A stretch of 64,000 bases of DNA from an uncultured Bacilli bacterium (GTDB lineage Bacteria; Bacillota_I; Bacilli_A; RF39; UBA660): positions 91,605-155,604 of the forward strand of contig CALVVB010000001.1 in NCBI GenBank assembly GCA_944363735.1, read 5' to 3'. This document shows, piece after piece, positions 22,071-31,900 of this stretch. The notes under the pieces were generated by a model. The model did not search any database, was not told the DNA's origin, and was given only the letters and a program-made list of their open reading frames with translations. Each line of letters starts with the position of its first letter. Within the stretch, counting starts at the first letter, position 1. The translations under genes were made by a program, and so were the position numbers.

Positions 22071-23117
22071 ATGTGGGATAAAAGAGATTTAAAAGAAAAG
22101 TTAAAATACTTAAATGAATTATCTAAAAATACAACTGATAAAAAAATAAGATATGAAATATTTTGTAATAAAAATTTGATTATTGAAATGCTTGAATTAC
22201 TTGAAGGAAAAAAGTTAACTATAAATAGAACCTTATCAGCATTAACTAGAAAATTATCTTTAATAAAAGAAGAAAGAAAATATAGTAATTATGAATTTCT
22301 AAGCTTTGATACATTAGCAGATGATTTAAACTTTTCTTTCGAATTGTGCAAAAATATAGCCCTATCAACACCTTTTGATAAAACAGAGATTGATAATGTC
22401 CTATCTCAAGAAGAGTGTATAAATGAAGTTATAAATTTTGCCATAGCCTTACCTGATAAAGAATTAAGGGATGATATTATTAGTACTGTAAAAGATGACC
22501 ACCATATTTATTTTTTTAATAATCCTAGGGATTCTTTTCATCTAGCAGATAATTATGGCCTTTCTTTGTTTAAAGAGTCATATATTGCATCTCCATTAAT
22601 GCCAGATATTTTATTACATGAATGCATTCATACAATAGATAAAAAAAGAAATAGATACTTTATAGAGAATTATCCATATAGTTATGAAGTACCTAGTTAT
22701 ACTTTACAACTATATAAAAATTTAAAGGAAGGCAATCTTAATTTTCTTAATGAACTTATAACAATTTCAAAAACAACACTATTACTTGCTTGTAAAGGGA
22801 ATGGTATGCCTTATTCAAATAAGATGATAGAAAATCTAAATTCTAGTGATATTATTAATAAAACAGCTAATATAATAGAACGATTATTAACAATAAAAAG
22901 TATTTTAGTCGCGACCATCTTTACTAAAAAAATATTAGATAATGAAGAAGAAGGATTAAAGGAATATAAAGAAATGCTTAACACAAGTTTTTCTAAAGAT
23001 GAAATTCCTGATTATAGTAGATGGGGTATTACCAATGAAGTTATAATAGATTATAGTAAAAACTTAGATAAATATTTTAATATATATCAGAAAGAAAGAG
23101 GAGGAAAAAGTATATGA
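22071..23117 (+). CDS. hypothetical protein with an HExxH motif (LLHECIHTIDKK)
   Basis: 348-aa ORF starting 8 nt after the ATPase gene, with a GAGGTAA ribosome-binding site. Its stop TGA overlaps the gpmI ATG. Confidence 0.4.
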   Translation: MWDKRDLKEKLKYLNELSKNTTDKKIRYEIFCNKNLIIEMLELLEGKKLTINRTLSALTRKLSLIKEERKYSNYEFLSFDTLADDLNFSFELCKNIALSTPFDKTEIDNVLSQEECINEVINFAIALPDKELRDDIISTVKDDHHIYFFNNPRDSFHLADNYGLSLFKESYIASPLMPDILLHECIHTIDKKRNRYFIENYPYSYEVPSYTLQLYKNLKEGNLNFLNELITISKTTLLLACKGNGMPYSNKMIENLNSSDIINKTANIIERLLTIKSILVATIFTKKILDNEEEGLKEYKEMLNTSFSKDEIPDYSRWGITNEVIIDYSKNLDKYFNIYQKERGGKSI

Positions 23118-24610
23118 AAAAAGTATTATTAACAATAATAGATGGTTTTGGATATAGAGAAGAAAAAAAAGGTAATGCTATAATCACAGCTCACCCAGAA
23201 AATATTATAAATTTATGGAAGGAATACCCTCATACTACTTTGGAAGCAAGTGGTGAAGCAGTTGGACTTCCAGATGGACAAATGGGTAATAGTGAAGTAG
23301 GACATTTAAATATAGGGGCAGGACGTGTTGTAGACCAACCTCTTATGCAAATTAATCATGCTATAGAAGATGGTAGTTTTTTTAAAAATGAAGTCTTACT
23401 ATATATAATTAATCACTGCAAAGAAAATAATTCATATCTACATTTATTTGGTCTATTAAGTGATGGAGGAGTTCATTCTCACATTAATCATTTCTTTGCA
23501 ATGTTAGACTTATGTAAAAAAGAAAACTTTCATAATGTCTATGTTCACGCATTTTTAGATGGTAGAGATACTCTTCCTGATGTTGCTCTTACCTTCCTAG
23601 ATTCTCTAACTAATAAACTTAATGAACTAGGCTTTGGTAAACTAGCTGATATTTCTGGAAGATACTATTCTATGGATAGAGAAAGAATGTGGAATGTTAC
23701 TAAGAAGTATTATGATTTATTAGTATATGGAGAGGGACAAAAAATAGACTCATATAAAGAGTATATAGAAGATTCATATAAACAAAATATTATGGATGAA
23801 TTCATTGTACCTGCTAAATTAATAGACGATGGAACTCTCAAAGAAAATGATGGTATGGTAATGCTTAACTTTAGACCAGATCGTATTACTCAAACTTTCA
23901 CCGCTCTAACTAATAAAGACTTTAAAGAGTTCCCAAGAGTAGATTTTAAAAATGTAAAACTAGTTACTATGATGACTCCAGAACATACTGTTATTGCAAC
24001 TCCTGCTTTCCCACCACTTCATTTAACTAATACTTTAGGAGAGTATGGAGCGTCAATTGGATTAAAGATTCTAAGAATAGCAGAAGCTAGTAAATATCCA
24101 CACGTTACTTACTTCTTTGATGGAGGAGAAGAAAAAGATATTCCTAATACAGATAAAATAATTGTACCAAGAAAAGATGTAGCAACTTATGATATGTATC
24201 CTGCTATGAGTGCCTATGAAGTAACAGATAAATTAATAGAAGTTATGGATAAATATGATTTAATCATTCTAAACTTTGCTAACTGTGATATGGTAGGACA
24301 TACTGGTAAATTTGATAAAGTAGTAGAAGCTGTAAAAGCTGTTAATGAAAATGTAGGAAGACTATATGAAGCAAGTAAAGAAAAAGACTTTACAATGTTT
24401 GTAACAGCAGATCACGGTAATTCTGAGATTATGGAAGACGATAAAGGAGAAGTTATAACTGCCCACACTACTAGTCCTGTTCCATTCATTATTACAGACC
24501 ATAACATTAAAGAAATTAAAACAGGTAAATTAGGAGATATCGCTCCTACAATACTAAAATATATGGATATAGAAAAACCAGATGAAATGACTGGTAATAA
24601 CTTGATTTAA
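23114..24610 (+). CDS. gpmI: 2,3-bisphosphoglycerate-independent phosphoglycerate mutase
   Basis: 498 aa. N-terminal IIDGFGYRE and metal-binding blocks (DGRDT, ADHGN). Confidence 0.93.
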   Translation: MKKVLLTIIDGFGYREEKKGNAIITAHPENIINLWKEYPHTTLEASGEAVGLPDGQMGNSEVGHLNIGAGRVVDQPLMQINHAIEDGSFFKNEVLLYIINHCKENNSYLHLFGLLSDGGVHSHINHFFAMLDLCKKENFHNVYVHAFLDGRDTLPDVALTFLDSLTNKLNELGFGKLADISGRYYSMDRERMWNVTKKYYDLLVYGEGQKIDSYKEYIEDSYKQNIMDEFIVPAKLIDDGTLKENDGMVMLNFRPDRITQTFTALTNKDFKEFPRVDFKNVKLVTMMTPEHTVIATPAFPPLHLTNTLGEYGASIGLKILRIAEASKYPHVTYFFDGGEEKDIPNTDKIIVPRKDVATYDMYPAMSAYEVTDKLIEVMDKYDLIILNFANCDMVGHTGKFDKVVEAVKAVNENVGRLYEASKEKDFTMFVTADHGNSEIMEDDKGEVITAHTTSPVPFIITDHNIKEIKTGKLGDIAPTILKYMDIEKPDEMTGNNLI

Positions 24611-24650
24611 ATGGTTAGATGAGCTATCCTATAAGTAGGAGGGTTTAATT

Positions 24651-25157
24651 ATGAGAGATGAAGAACTAAAATCATATGAAGATAAGTTATTAGAGTTAAA
24701 AGTAAGTAGGGGAAAACTAATTAGACAAAGAAAAAAATTACTTGAAGATGATAATGTGAAAAAATATCTTGGCATAGAAAAAGAACTTGATTCATCTACT
24801 AAAGAAGCTTTGGCTTTACAAGGTATAATATTAGTAGAACAACAAGAACGGTGTCCTCATCCAGCTTGGTATTTTTATAATTTTTCAGAAGATACTTATG
24901 AAGGAAAAGTTTATTGGACTTGTAAATGTGTAGCCTGTGGAAAAGAATTAGAAGATGTCCGTAGTAGAAATTATCCACATGACAGAGTTATATGGAAAGA
25001 AAGTTTTTTTGCTAAACCAACTAGAAGTGAGATGTCATATAAAGAAGTAGCAGATAAGTGGGTTAAATTTATGGAAGACTTCCCAAGTGAAGATAAATCT
25101 ATTGAAGAAAAGGGAAGAGTATTTACTAAAATGATGATTCCTACTAGAGTAAAGTAA
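24651..25157 (+). CDS. hypothetical protein with Cys-rich zinc-ribbon-like motifs
   Basis: 168-aa ORF with CPHP...CKCVACG. A GGAGGG ribosome-binding site is present. Confidence 0.4.
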   Translation: MRDEELKSYEDKLLELKVSRGKLIRQRKKLLEDDNVKKYLGIEKELDSSTKEALALQGIILVEQQERCPHPAWYFYNFSEDTYEGKVYWTCKCVACGKELEDVRSRNYPHDRVIWKESFFAKPTRSEMSYKEVADKWVKFMEDFPSEDKSIEEKGRVFTKMMIPTRVK

Positions 25158-25159
25158 CC

Positions 25160-25186
25160 AGAAATGGTTATTTTTTTCTCTTTAAA
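25160..25186 (+). terminator. candidate intrinsic terminator
   Basis: Short stem aacca / tggtt followed by atttttttctc. This is a weak call. Confidence 0.3.
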
Positions 25187-25231
25187 ATAGAACTAACGTA
25201 TTATATAATAGAGTAAAAAGGAGGAAAAACT

Positions 25232-26443
25232 ATGAAACGGATTATTTTTCATATCGATGTTAATAATGCCTTTCTATCTTGGACTGCTGTTTATCTATTA
25301 AATCATGGCTATAAACAGGATATTAGAAAGATTCCTTCAGTAATAGGAGGAGATGAAAAAGCAAGAAGAGGTATTGTTCTTGCTAAAAGTCCTATCGCCA
25401 AGAAATATGGTATTGTAACAGCAGAAACATTATATAGTGCTAGAAGTAAATGTAAAAACTTACAAGTATTTTCTCCTAACTATGCTTTTTATAAAGAACA
25501 GTCTAAAAAGTTATATAATTATCTATCACAGTATACTCCTGTAATAGAACAATACTCTATTGATGAATGTTTTCTTGACCTTACTGGAACGACACTGCTT
25601 TATGGTAATGATTATGTATCTCTAGCTCACAAAATAAAAGATGATATTAAAGAAAAGTTTGGTTTCACTGTCAATGTAGGAATAGGAGAGAATAAACTAT
25701 GTGCAAAAATGGCCAGTGACTTTGAAAAGCCAGATAAAGTACATACTCTTTATTTAAATGAGATTGAAACTAAAATGTGGCCTTTAAAAGTAAATGATTT
25801 ATTTATGCTAGGTAAAAGTTCTGCTAAAAAGTTAAATGACTTAGGAATATATACTATTAAAGATTTGGCAGAAGCTAATATAGGTTTATTAAGAAGACAT
25901 TTTAAAAGCCAGGGAGACTATTTTAAAGAAGCAGCATTAGGAATAGATTATAGTAAAGTAGAACCTAGAAATGCTAAAAATAAGTGTATTAGTATTTCAA
26001 GAACCTTACCTTATGATGTAACTAGAAAAGAAGACTTATTAAAAATATTATTTAGTGAAACAGAAGAAGTCTCTTTTACTTTAAGAAGTCAAAAACTATA
26101 TACAGGAACTATAGCTGTTACTTATAGAAATAACCTTTTTAAAAACTATTCTCATCAAATTACTCTAGATAATCCCACTAATGTAACAGAAGAAATCTAT
26201 AAAGGAGTTAAAACAATCTTTGAAGCTAGTTGGAAAGAAGACCCTATTAGAAATATAGGAGTAAGATTAGGTGATTTAAAAGAGAAAGCCGTTAGTCAAA
26301 TGTCTTTATTTGAAGAATCAGATGTCAAAGTAGTAGATAAGGTAGAGGAAGTCATGGATAGCATTATTAAAAAATATGGAAAAGGTAGTGTCATAAGAGC
26401 TAGTAAAAAAGAAGAAGATTATAATATTGAAAGAAGACAATAA
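25232..26443 (+). CDS. dinB: Y-family DNA polymerase (DNA polymerase IV, DinB-like)
   Basis: N-terminal FHIDVNNAFLS and the SIDECFLD catalytic acidic motif. 403 aa. Confidence 0.85.
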   Translation: MKRIIFHIDVNNAFLSWTAVYLLNHGYKQDIRKIPSVIGGDEKARRGIVLAKSPIAKKYGIVTAETLYSARSKCKNLQVFSPNYAFYKEQSKKLYNYLSQYTPVIEQYSIDECFLDLTGTTLLYGNDYVSLAHKIKDDIKEKFGFTVNVGIGENKLCAKMASDFEKPDKVHTLYLNEIETKMWPLKVNDLFMLGKSSAKKLNDLGIYTIKDLAEANIGLLRRHFKSQGDYFKEAALGIDYSKVEPRNAKNKCISISRTLPYDVTRKEDLLKILFSETEEVSFTLRSQKLYTGTIAVTYRNNLFKNYSHQITLDNPTNVTEEIYKGVKTIFEASWKEDPIRNIGVRLGDLKEKAVSQMSLFEESDVKVVDKVEEVMDSIIKKYGKGSVIRASKKEEDYNIERRQ

Positions 26444-26475
26444 AAAAAGTTTTTGCACAGCTTTTGTGGAAAAAA

Positions 26476-27378
26476 TTAATTTAAAAGATTATCAATAATA
26501 GAGTTAATCTCATTATCATTTAATACAATATCTTCATTAATTAAACCAATGTCAGAGTGAATACCATCATTCTTATGAAAGTCAGAACCTATTGTCATTA
26601 TTAGATTATGATGTTTAGCAAAGTTATTCCAATGAGTACTTTCATTGATTTTATTACCATTTCTATCTAAATAAATGTAATTAGCTTCAATACCATCAGG
26701 ATTCATTTCTTTAACTAGATTTAATATGTCATCATCAGTTAAGCCATCTTCATATTTATAACAGACAGGATGAGCAAGGACTACTATACCACCTGCTTCT
26801 CTTATTAAATCACTTGCTTCCTTAGGACTAATAGCTTCCTTTTCTACATAGCAAGGACATCCTTCATTCATTATTGCTTCAATAAATTCACCTTTACTAG
26901 GAATATGTCCAAAAGTTTTTAATAGTAATTCCTTATTATCTTCATTTTCTACAATATTAAGAGCAATATGAGCTTTAGTAACAGCATCAATCTTATCTAA
27001 AGAATCAACATCAATGATATAACCCAACTCTTTTAATTTAGTAGCAACATCATGTAAATAAATATGCCTAGCATTTCTAATCGAGTATAACTTATCAGTA
27101 AACTTTTTATTGTTAATATCAAAGTTATATCCTAATACATGAATACCTATTCCCTTATATTTAGTAGATATTTCTACAGCAGGAATTATCTTTATATTGT
27201 TCGTTTGCGCATAATTAAATAACTCATCATTATAAGCAAGAGTTGTATCATGATCTGCTATTGCAATAACACAAACCCCATTATTAACTGCTCTATCAAT
27301 AATTTCTTTAGGAGATAATTCTCCATCAGATAAATTACTATGAATATGTAAATCAATAAGTTTTTTCATCAAAACCAC
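26476..27378 (-). CDS. PHP-domain phosphoesterase, TrpH/YciV (RNase AM)-like
   Basis: N-terminal LIDLHIHSNLSDGE...AIADHDT matches the PHP metal-binding motifs of the TrpH/YciV family. 300 aa. Confidence 0.7.
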   Translation of the reverse strand: MVLMKKLIDLHIHSNLSDGELSPKEIIDRAVNNGVCVIAIADHDTTLAYNDELFNYAQTNNIKIIPAVEISTKYKGIGIHVLGYNFDINNKKFTDKLYSIRNARHIYLHDVATKLKELGYIIDVDSLDKIDAVTKAHIALNIVENEDNKELLLKTFGHIPSKGEFIEAIMNEGCPCYVEKEAISPKEASDLIREAGGIVVLAHPVCYKYEDGLTDDDILNLVKEMNPDGIEANYIYLDRNGNKINESTHWNNFAKHHNLIMTIGSDFHKNDGIHSDIGLINEDIVLNDNEINSIIDNLLN

Positions 27379-27393
27379 CTCGCTTTAATATAA

Positions 27394-28215
27394 TTAATGT
27401 AAAGTTCCTAAAGATTTAACTTTATGTTGAGAATTTGCAGCAATTTCTGATTTACTAATATCTAAATTCATAATCGCATCACATATTTTATAATAATAAA
27501 ATCTAATCAAAGAGTTATAATCATTTTCAGTCATTGCAATAGTCAAATTCTTTTTATATTCTTCTCTTTCACTAACTTCAATATAGACAGGAGGCAAATC
27601 AATTCTTTTAAATAACAAATTTTGTAAAGCCCTAAATGTTCTTTTATTACCATCTGCGAAAGGTTGTAAATAAATTAAATCTGCAGTTAAAGATACAGTA
27701 TTATTAATATATCCAAAAATATCTCCTTCTTCTAATGGAATAAAAATATCATTAGATGTTGCTATATACTGATTGAATCTCTCTTTTGCAACATTAGCAG
27801 TAGGTACCTCTACAGGTAAATCATATAAAATTGCATCGCAATCTCTTAAAGTACCACCAAAATGAGGGTTAGGACATTTAGAATATAATTTCTGATGTAA
27901 AACTAGTGAAGTTGTAAAAATATTAAAATAATCCTTATCAAAATCAAAAGTCTGAATATAATCGTAAATTGTCCCCAATCCTGCTATTTCTTCTTTAGAA
28001 ACATTAGGTTCAACTCTAGCTTCGTTAAAGACATATTGTTTCTTATATTCGTTAATAACAAAAGAAAATTCTGGTTTTATAACAAAATCATAATACGTAG
28101 TAATAATATTTTCTGGAATAAAATCATCATCAGAATACAATCTATTTTGTTCTTTTCTCTTTTTATAACCATACATCATTGAACTTATAAAAAATCTTGC
28201 TTCATCATTATTCAT
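27394..28215 (-). CDS. Fic/Doc-family protein with a non-canonical motif (QPFADGNKRTFR in place of HPFx[DE]GNGRxxR)
   Basis: 273-aa ORF 15 nt upstream of the PHP gene on the same strand. The motif region ADLIYLQPFADGNKRTFRALQNLLF matches the Fic/Doc core, with Gln at the catalytic His position and Lys in the GNKR segment (Doc-like). Confidence 0.55.
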   Translation of the reverse strand: MNNDEARFFISSMMYGYKKRKEQNRLYSDDDFIPENIITTYYDFVIKPEFSFVINEYKKQYVFNEARVEPNVSKEEIAGLGTIYDYIQTFDFDKDYFNIFTTSLVLHQKLYSKCPNPHFGGTLRDCDAILYDLPVEVPTANVAKERFNQYIATSNDIFIPLEEGDIFGYINNTVSLTADLIYLQPFADGNKRTFRALQNLLFKRIDLPPVYIEVSEREEYKKNLTIAMTENDYNSLIRFYYYKICDAIMNLDISKSEIAANSQHKVKSLGTLH

Positions 28216-28575
28216 ATTAACACCTCTTTAATTGTCGCATACTATATCATATTTCAATTTAATAGTCAATTTTAGTAATAAAAATAAATAATATATTCTT
28301 ACAAAATATAAGTTATATTTTCATATAAATTTATATATTTATTATATTTGGTTAGAAATGAACCTTTAGAATTTTATTTCTATAAACGAATTTTCGGAAA
28401 AATATATAGAGCACTAATGTTAATTAAGTGTTCTTTTTTGTAAACATATTTATACGCTTTACACAGTTTATTTATCCCGCCATCAGTTCTATAAGATATA
28501 AATGTCAATTTTTTTTACAAAAAACTTTCAAAAAATGCTTGTATTTCAAGGATTTCTATGATAATATTAATTACG

Positions 28576-28692
28576 TGTGACTGCTTAGATGTGGGAGGTT
28601 GTCGATACGCCAGGTTAAGTTGTTAATCAGCTATCGGGTTATTCACACGGAGCAAGTCTATACTAGATATAGGCGAAGGGAGGACGTAAATA
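28576..28692 (+). promoter_or_regulatory. structured, relatively GC-rich 5' leader of the S10 operon (candidate ribosomal-protein autoregulatory leader)
   Basis: A block of about 115 nt with GC content well above the surrounding AT-rich spacer. It has long-range complementary segments (cgtgtga ... tcacacg) directly upstream of the rpsJ GTG start. Confidence 0.35.
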
Positions 28693-29004
28693 GTGTCAAC
28701 ACAAAAGATTCGTATTAAGTTAAAAGCATATGATCATAAGATACTTGACAATGCTGTAACTAAAATTGTTGAAACAATCAAAAGAACTGGAGGAGATATA
28801 GTTGGACCTGTACCTCTACCAACAGAAATTGAGAAATTCACAATTTTAAGAGCTGTTCACAAATATAAAGATAGTCGTGAACAATTCGAAAGAAGAACAC
28901 ACAAGAGATTAATTGACATTAAAAGCCCAAGTAAAGAAACGATTGATGCATTAGCACATCTTGATTTACCAAGTGGTGTCGATATCAAAATCAAAACAAT
29001 CTAA
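28693..29004 (+). CDS. rpsJ: 30S ribosomal protein S10
   Basis: 103 aa with a GTG start. Canonical S10 sequence ([14 protein letters not shown]...). Confidence 0.95.
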   Translation: MSTQKIRIKLKAYDHKILDNAVTKIVETIKRTGGDIVGPVPLPTEIEKFTILRAVHKYKDSREQFERRTHKRLIDIKSPSKETIDALAHLDLPSGVDIKIKTI

Positions 29005-29021
29005 AATAGGAGGAAATGAAA

Positions 29022-29792
29022 ATGAAAGGAATCTTAGGTACAAAAAAAGGAATGACTCAAGTATTCACTACTGATGGTAAGCTTATTCCTGTAACTGTTG
29101 TAGAAGTTGAACCTAATGTTGTTACACAAATCAAAACTAATGAAACAGATGGTTATGAAGCAATTCAATTAGGTTATAAAACAATTAGAGAAAAATTAAG
29201 TAACAAACCAAAGATGGGTCATACCACTAAAGCTAATACTGAACCTAAGCGCTTCTTAAGAGAAATAAAAGGCGTAAATGTAGCTGATTACACTTTAGGA
29301 CAAGTATTAGATGCTAGCGTATTTGAAGCTGGTGAAATTGTAGACGTTAGCGGAGTAAGCAAAGGAAAAGGTTTCCAAGGTGTAATCAAACGTCACAATC
29401 AAAGTCGTGGACCTATGGGACACGGTTCACAATATCATCGTGGAGTTGGATCTTTAGGGACAATGAGACCAATGCACGTATTAAAAGGTAAGAAATTACC
29501 AGGACAAATGGGTAACGTAAACTCTACTGTTCAAAACCTTGAAGTAGTGGCAGTAGACTTAGAAAATAATGTAATTTTAATTAAAGGTAATGTTCCTGGA
29601 CCAAAAGAAGGGCTAGTAGTAATTAAAACAGCTGTTAAAAAGCCAGGTAAGAAAAACACTGCTAAAGACTTAATCACTTATGAAGAGATGAAAGAAGCAG
29701 AGACTACTGCTGAAGTAGAAGAAAATACTAATACTGAAGAAGTAGTAGAAGAAGCTACAACTACTGAGTCTGTTGAAACAGCAAACGAATAG
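29022..29792 (+). CDS. rplC: 50S ribosomal protein L3 (with a roughly 45-aa acidic C-terminal extension)
   Basis: [15 protein letters not shown] start. An AGGAGG ribosome-binding site lies 9 nt before ATG 29022. The C-terminal tail is Glu/Thr-rich. Confidence 0.93.
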   Translation: MKGILGTKKGMTQVFTTDGKLIPVTVVEVEPNVVTQIKTNETDGYEAIQLGYKTIREKLSNKPKMGHTTKANTEPKRFLREIKGVNVADYTLGQVLDASVFEAGEIVDVSGVSKGKGFQGVIKRHNQSRGPMGHGSQYHRGVGSLGTMRPMHVLKGKKLPGQMGNVNSTVQNLEVVAVDLENNVILIKGNVPGPKEGLVVIKTAVKKPGKKNTAKDLITYEEMKEAETTAEVEENTNTEEVVEEATTTESVETANE

Positions 29793-29845
29793 ATATCACT
29801 ACCTATAATTAAATTTATTAATGTGTAGTGAAAGGAGGAAAAAGT

Positions 29846-30472
29846 ATGAAAAAGATAGATCTTTTAAATCTTAAAGGTGAAAAAGTAAATGAATTAAAAT
29901 TAAATGAAGAAATATTTTCTATTACCCCAAATGATAAAGTATTATATGATGCAATCATTTTAGCAAGAGCATCATTAAGACAAGGAACACACTCTACTAA
30001 AAACCGTTCAGAAGTTAGCGGTGGAGGACGTAAACCTTGGAGACAAAAAGGAACAGGACATGCACGTCAAGGTTCTATTAGAGCTGTACAATGGGTAGGT
30101 GGAGGAAGATATGGAACTCCAGTACCAAGAGATTACAGCAAGAAACAAAATCGCAAAGAAAGAAGATTAGCATTAAAGAGTGCTTTAAGTCATAAATTTA
30201 ATGATAATGAAGTGATTGTTATGGAAGAGTTAGTTCTTAACACTCCAAAGACAAAAGAAATGATTACTTTATTAAACACTTTAAAAGTAGCTGACAAGAA
30301 AGTACTATTTGTAGTAGAAGACTTTACAGAGAATGTAATTTTAGCATCTAGAAACGTTCAAAACGTAGCATTAATAGCAGCTAATGAAATAAATGTTTTA
30401 GACTTAGTTAACTCTGATGTTGTAGTCTTTACAAGTGAAGCTATTAAAAAGATAGAGGAGGCTCTTAAATAA
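29846..30472 (+). CDS. rplD: 50S ribosomal protein L4
   Basis: L4 blocks present (RQKGTGHARQGS). An AAGGAGG ribosome-binding site precedes ATG 29846. Confidence 0.93.
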   Translation: MKKIDLLNLKGEKVNELKLNEEIFSITPNDKVLYDAIILARASLRQGTHSTKNRSEVSGGGRKPWRQKGTGHARQGSIRAVQWVGGGRYGTPVPRDYSKKQNRKERRLALKSALSHKFNDNEVIVMEELVLNTPKTKEMITLLNTLKVADKKVLFVVEDFTENVILASRNVQNVALIAANEINVLDLVNSDVVVFTSEAIKKIEEALK

Positions 30473-30753
30473 TGGATACTAAATACTTAGATATAATTAA
30501 AGCTCCTGTTATAACTGAAAAAAGTGGTGTTTTAGGAGAGAAAAATCAATATGTATTTAAGGTTTCTTCTAAAGCTAATAAAATCGAAATTAAACAAGCT
30601 ATTGAAAAAATCTTTAAAGTACATGTAAAACAAATAAGAACATTAAATGTTAAACCTAAAAAAAGAAGAGTTGGTCGCTATACTGGACTTACAAATAGAT
30701 ATAAGAAAGCTATTGTAACTCTAGCAGATGGTGAACAAATTGATCTTGGTTAG
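30472..30753 (+). CDS. rplW: 50S ribosomal protein L23
   Basis: 93 aa matching L23. Confidence 0.93.
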   Translation: MDTKYLDIIKAPVITEKSGVLGEKNQYVFKVSSKANKIEIKQAIEKIFKVHVKQIRTLNVKPKKRRVGRYTGLTNRYKKAIVTLADGEQIDLG

Positions 30754-30769
30754 AAGGAGGAAATAAAAT

Positions 30770-31600
30770 ATGGCAATAAGAAATTATAAACCTACTACAC
30801 CAGGACGTAGAGGAATGAGTACTCTAACAAATGAAGAGATTACTAAATCTACTCCAGAGAAAAGTTTAACAGTAACACTTAAGAAAAACTCTGGACGTAA
30901 TAATCAAGGAAAAATAACTGTTCGTCATCAAGGTGGCGGCGTTAAAAGAAAATATCGTATTATCGACTTTAAAAGAGATAAGAAAGATATCGCTGGTGTT
31001 GTAGCAAGCATAGAATACGATCCAAATAGAACAGCAAATATTGCTTTAATTAACTATATGGATGGTGAGAAAAGATATATCATCGCTCCTAAGAATTTAA
31101 AAGTAGGAGATAAAATAGTAAGCGGTGAAAATGTGGATATAAAAGTAGGAAATGCTCTTCCTATTATGAATATTCCAGTAGGTACTGTTATTCATAACAT
31201 TGAACTTCGCCCAGGAAAAGGAGCAGCTTTAGCAAGAAGTGCTGGAACTAGTGCTCAAATCCTTGGACGTGAAGGAAAATATGTAATGATTAGATTATCA
31301 AGTGGAGAACAAAGAAAAGTACTTGGTACTTGTATGGCTACTATTGGTGTTGTTGGTAACGAAGATGCTAGTCTAGTTAAAATTGGTAAAGCAGGACGTA
31401 AACGTCATATGGGTATTCGCCCAACAGTTCGTGGTTCTGTTATGAACCCTAATGACCATCCACACGGTGGTGGTGAAGGACGTGCTCCAGTTGGACGTAA
31501 GGCACCTCTTACTCCATGGGGTAAACCTGCTCTTGGATATAAAACAAGAAATAATAAAAAGACAGACAAATTTATTGTACGTCGTCGTAATAGTAAATAG
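30770..31600 (+). CDS. rplB: 50S ribosomal protein L2
   Basis: 276 aa with the [16 protein letters not shown] motif. Confidence 0.96.
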   Translation: MAIRNYKPTTPGRRGMSTLTNEEITKSTPEKSLTVTLKKNSGRNNQGKITVRHQGGGVKRKYRIIDFKRDKKDIAGVVASIEYDPNRTANIALINYMDGEKRYIIAPKNLKVGDKIVSGENVDIKVGNALPIMNIPVGTVIHNIELRPGKGAALARSAGTSAQILGREGKYVMIRLSSGEQRKVLGTCMATIGVVGNEDASLVKIGKAGRKRHMGIRPTVRGSVMNPNDHPHGGGEGRAPVGRKAPLTPWGKPALGYKTRNNKKTDKFIVRRRNSK

Positions 31601-31611
31601 GAGGATAAAAC

Positions 31612-31878
31612 ATGGCTAGAAGTTTAAAGAAAGGACCTTATGTTTTCGAAAGACTATTAAAAAAGGTTCAAAAATTAAATGAAACTGGAAAAAAAGAAGT
31701 AATTAAGACTTGGTCACGCCGTTCTACTATCTTTCCTGAATTTATCGGCCACACCTTTGCAGTTCATAACGGTAAAGAATTTATCCCCGTTTATGTTACT
31801 GAAGACATGGTTGGACACAAATTAGGAGAATTTGCTTTAACTCGTAAAAATGGTGGACATGGCTCTGACAAAAAATAA
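31612..31878 (+). CDS. rpsS: 30S ribosomal protein S19
   Basis: 88 aa matching S19 (SLKKGPY...TWSRRSTI). Confidence 0.95.
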   Translation: MARSLKKGPYVFERLLKKVQKLNETGKKEVIKTWSRRSTIFPEFIGHTFAVHNGKEFIPVYVTEDMVGHKLGEFALTRKNGGHGSDKK

Positions 31879-31900
31879 TAAAACTAGGAGGAGTTAGAAA

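Noticed and set aside
2125-23117. A link between the two HExxH-containing hypothetical proteins (2125-2697 and 22071-23117) as members of one family
   Set aside because: Apart from the short HExxH motif, the two sequences show no obvious similarity. HExxH occurs by chance at appreciable frequency.
26444-26476. Hairpin-like sequence (cacagcttttgtg) between the convergent dinB and PHP genes, considered as a bidirectional terminator
   Set aside because: The stem is short and imperfect. It is noted only as a weak possibility and is not listed as a feature.
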